Virus record (IMG/VR): IMGVR_UViG_3300049141_000141
Coordinates: 1 to 29,667 of that record
Length of the DNA stretch: 29,667 nucleotides
Direction: 5' to 3' (one strand)
From: a virus
Taxonomy: Duplodnaviria > Caudoviricetes
The notes under the pieces were generated by a model. The model was not told the origin of the DNA, made no database searches, and saw only the letters and a list, made by a program, of their open reading frames with translations. Both the position numbers and the translations under genes were made by a program. Shown in pieces: positions 27,559 through 29,667 of the stretch (the stretch's first letter is position 1; each line of letters begins with the position of its first letter).

Positions 27559-28290
27559 ATGACCACCGAGACATTCGGGCGGGCGCTCTCGCTCGTCGTC
27601 GATTATGACGTTGCGCTTGAGATCGCCTCCCATGAGGCCATCGTCCGCCAGGCCTACAAGGACAGCGTAGGCAAGTGGACTTGGAGCGCGGGCCTCACCT
27701 CGGCCACAGGCCACGACGTCGAGCGGTATATCGGCAAGCCTCAGACCCTGGAGAAGTGCCTGGCCGTCTATGCCTGGGCGCTTGAAAACTATGCCGAGGA
27801 AGTCAGGAAAGCCTTCGCCGGGTACAGCCTGACCAAGGCACAGTTCGCGGGGGCTCTTTCGTTCCACTGGAACACCGGGGCTATCAAGCGGGCCTCTTGG
27901 GTCAAGCTCTGGAAGGCAGGAGACATCGCAGGCGCCCGCAAGGCCTTCATGGAGTGGAACAAGCCCGCCGAGATCATCCCGCGCCGGCAGAAGGAGTGTG
28001 ACCTCTTCTTCAATTGCAAGTGGTCCAATGACGGGACCATGATCGAATACACCCGCTTGACCTCCAAGAGCACTCCGGTCTGGTCAAGCGCCAAGCGCAT
28101 CAACGTAGAGAAAGAACTGCGGGCCGCATTCGCTTTGCCCCCGGCTTCTGACGTTGAGCCTGCCCCCGCTCCCGTTCCTGCCCCGCCACCTCCCGACATT
28201 GAACCTGCCCCGGTTCCCGTCTCCCAGCCCGCTCAACCGAGCGGGTTTTTTAGTGCCCTCGCTGACCTTCTGAAAAGGATCTTCGCATGA
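27559..28290 (+). CDS. Endolysin, GH24 phage-lysozyme-like, with Pro-rich linker
   Basis: HEAIVRQAYKDSVGKWT (E-x8-D-x5-T triad), FHWNTG, RRQKE; GAGGA RBS. Confidence 0.9.
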   Translation: MTTETFGRALSLVVDYDVALEIASHEAIVRQAYKDSVGKWTWSAGLTSATGHDVERYIGKPQTLEKCLAVYAWALENYAEEVRKAFAGYSLTKAQFAGALSFHWNTGAIKRASWVKLWKAGDIAGARKAFMEWNKPAEIIPRRQKECDLFFNCKWSNDGTMIEYTRLTSKSTPVWSSAKRINVEKELRAAFALPPASDVEPAPAPVPAPPPPDIEPAPVPVSQPAQPSGFFSALADLLKRIFA

Positions 28291-28643
28291 ACCCGCTGCT
28301 CATTCCCATCGTCGGCTTTCTCGCCAACAAGGTCTTGGACAGGCTCATTGCCTCTCCTCAGACCACCGTCACATCGGCCGAGGCTCCTGCTGTCCGCCAG
28401 GAGGTGGCGAATGCGGTCACCCCGGTTATTGAGCACCTGACCAACAACGAGCCCTGGTATCAGAGCCGCGTGACCTGGGGCGCCGTCTTCGCCATCGTCG
28501 GCGGCATCGCCACAATCGGCACAGCGGCCGCAAATGGCGAGACTAACGCAGAGGTCTATACGGCCGCCGGCATGAGCATCCTCGGCGGTCTCGGCACACT
28601 CTACGGACGCTGGGCTGCCCGGAAGCCTCTGGGGTCCGTCTAA
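28287..28643 (+). CDS. Putative holin
   Basis: ATGA overlap with the lysin; EPWYQSRVTWG followed by two TM helices. Confidence 0.65.
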   Translation: MNPLLIPIVGFLANKVLDRLIASPQTTVTSAEAPAVRQEVANAVTPVIEHLTNNEPWYQSRVTWGAVFAIVGGIATIGTAAANGETNAEVYTAAGMSILGGLGTLYGRWAARKPLGSV

Positions 28644-29002
28644 TGGGCTCTGCCGCCAGTCTACAAGACACAGCTCTGACCCTCGGCGGTCTGCTCTTCC
28701 TACTCGGAGGTCTCTACACCGTCCTCAAAGCCCGCGACTGGCTTGACGCCAAGATCAAGAGTGAGGCTGAGGAGGCCTGCCGTGAGGCAAGGAACGCCAT
28801 GGCGGCAGCCAATGCCGCTCATGAGAAGATCGCCCTCCTGCAAGCTGCCCTTACCGCCTACCGGGAGACGCAGGCTGAGCGGCTTGTCTCGAGGGAGGTC
28901 CTGCGGGAGGTGGAAGACCGGCTGACAGGGGCAATTGATCGGCTTGGCGATCGCTTCGACGGACTTTTGCGGGAGGTCATCAAGCAGCGGCGCGGGGAGT
29001 AG
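28643..29002 (+). CDS. Lysis-cassette membrane-anchored coiled-coil protein
   Basis: TAATG coupling; N-terminal TM followed by heptad-rich region. Confidence 0.7.
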   Translation: MGSAASLQDTALTLGGLLFLLGGLYTVLKARDWLDAKIKSEAEEACREARNAMAAANAAHEKIALLQAALTAYRETQAERLVSREVLREVEDRLTGAIDRLGDRFDGLLREVIKQRRGE

Positions 29003-29068
29003 TGGCAACGATCAACCCCGCCTTCCTGAGCCACTTATCGAACCCAGGCCGCTTGTTCACGCTTTAGC

Positions 29069-29116
29069 CCTTGTAGGATCCTACAGGGTGCTTCCTCCTG
29101 CCACGTGCGCTAAAGT
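29069..29116 (+). promoter_or_regulatory. Lux-box-like palindrome abutting a candidate promoter
   Basis: CCTTGTAGGATCCTACAGGG (14-bp perfect core), then GTGCTT-N17-TAAAGT. Confidence 0.55.
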
Positions 29117-29151
29117 TTCCTAAAAGAGATTTTATTCCAGGGGGCAGCGCA

Positions 29152-29259
29152 GTGAATCACAAACGACCACAAGATAGACCAATTCCTTCGTGGCTGGCCC
29201 TACTGCTGATGTTCTTTGCCGTGCTGGTGATTGGTGGCGCCCTAAGTCTACTGCCATAA
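29152..29259 (+). CDS. Unannotated 35-aa single-TM peptide
   Basis: AGGGGG RBS, GTG start; MNHKRPQDRPIPSWLALLLMFFAVLVIGGALSLLP*. Confidence 0.6.
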   Translation: MNHKRPQDRPIPSWLALLLMFFAVLVIGGALSLLP

Positions 29260-29435
29260 GCGATGGGTCGAGAAGATGCTTGGGAGGGTGCTGGATCGGA
29301 CGTCTGCACCTCGGGCTAGGTGCGGAAAGTAGAACGTCATTTTCCTGTCACGGTTCACGGCCAAGGTCCGCGCCATTCCGGTAGAGTAACAGAATATCAC
29401 GAAGCTATTTCGAGTCTCACGTAGATATTTCAGTG

Positions 29436-29461
29436 GCCCCGCTGGCTCACGCTAGCGGGGC
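29436..29461. terminator. Hairpin at the 3' end of the convergent gene 29461..29667
   Basis: GCCCCGCTGGC-TCAC-GCTAGCGGGGC, 11-bp stem with one G.U. Confidence 0.5.
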
Positions 29462-29667
29462 TATTTGCTTTTGAAGCTGGTCCCGTGCGTCTTCGAATAT
29501 AGTTCCACCACGTTCAGCATGACCTTGATGCTGCGGCTCCCGCATTTCGAGCAGCGGAGCTTCAAGCTCATGTCGGGGATCGGAGTCTGATCCGGCCTGC
29601 CATCGAGAGGCACAACGGCATCATGATCGCACCCGGTCGCCTGGCAGAATGCGGAGACTGTGCTCAT
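29461..29667 (-). CDS. Small Zn-ribbon protein (may start beyond the window)
   Basis: CxxxxCxH ... LRCSKCGSR motifs. Confidence 0.7.
   Translation of the reverse strand: MSTVSAFCQATGCDHDAVVPLDGRPDQTPIPDMSLKLRCSKCGSRSIKVMLNVVELYSKTHGTSFKSK

Larger units (their letters stand above)
1..29002 (+). mobile_element. Prophage late region (packaging, head, non-contractile tail, lysis), probably defective
   Basis: Contiguous co-oriented terminase, capsid, portal, connector, tail and lysin genes. No sheath gene. No integrase or att site in the window. Confidence 0.95.

Noticed and set aside
25149-27593. CRISPR array, att sites or invertible shufflon
   Set aside because: Only three direct copies with kb-scale spacing, identical to the lysin leader and coding start. 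No inverted repeats, recombinase or cas genes in the window.
28150-28225. Short Pro-rich tandem duplication in the endolysin (DVEPAPAPV / DIEPAPVPV)
   Set aside because: Ordinary low-complexity linker.

Overview
The window is the late (morphogenesis and lysis) half of a temperate siphovirus-type prophage. High GC3 and the gene set suggest an alphaproteobacterial (Rhizobiales-like) host, which is an inference. Plus-strand order: terS, terL, fused prohead protease-major capsid, portal, collagen-like protein, head-tail connectors, tail tube, chaperone with a -1 frameshift, tape measure, tail-tip genes, three short paralogous tail proteins, beta-helix tailspike, then endolysin and holin-like genes. 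Three point lesions suggest a decaying or domesticated prophage: an in-frame TGA in terL, an in-frame TAG in an HNH gene, and a probable lost tape-measure stop. The operon is repeatedly interrupted by accessory 'moron' genes, mostly antisense, and several are bracketed by abandoned copies of neighbouring gene ends. Between tailspike and endolysin there are stacked cassettes carrying surface-modifying genes (GT-C-like glycosyltransferase, OafA-like acyltransferase) separated by three copies of the endolysin 5' end. One duplicated gene start is fully synonymously recoded. Just after the lysis genes, a lux-box-like palindrome sits at an activator position upstream of an unannotated 35-aa membrane peptide. 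All family assignments are from motif recognition and synteny; no searches were run.
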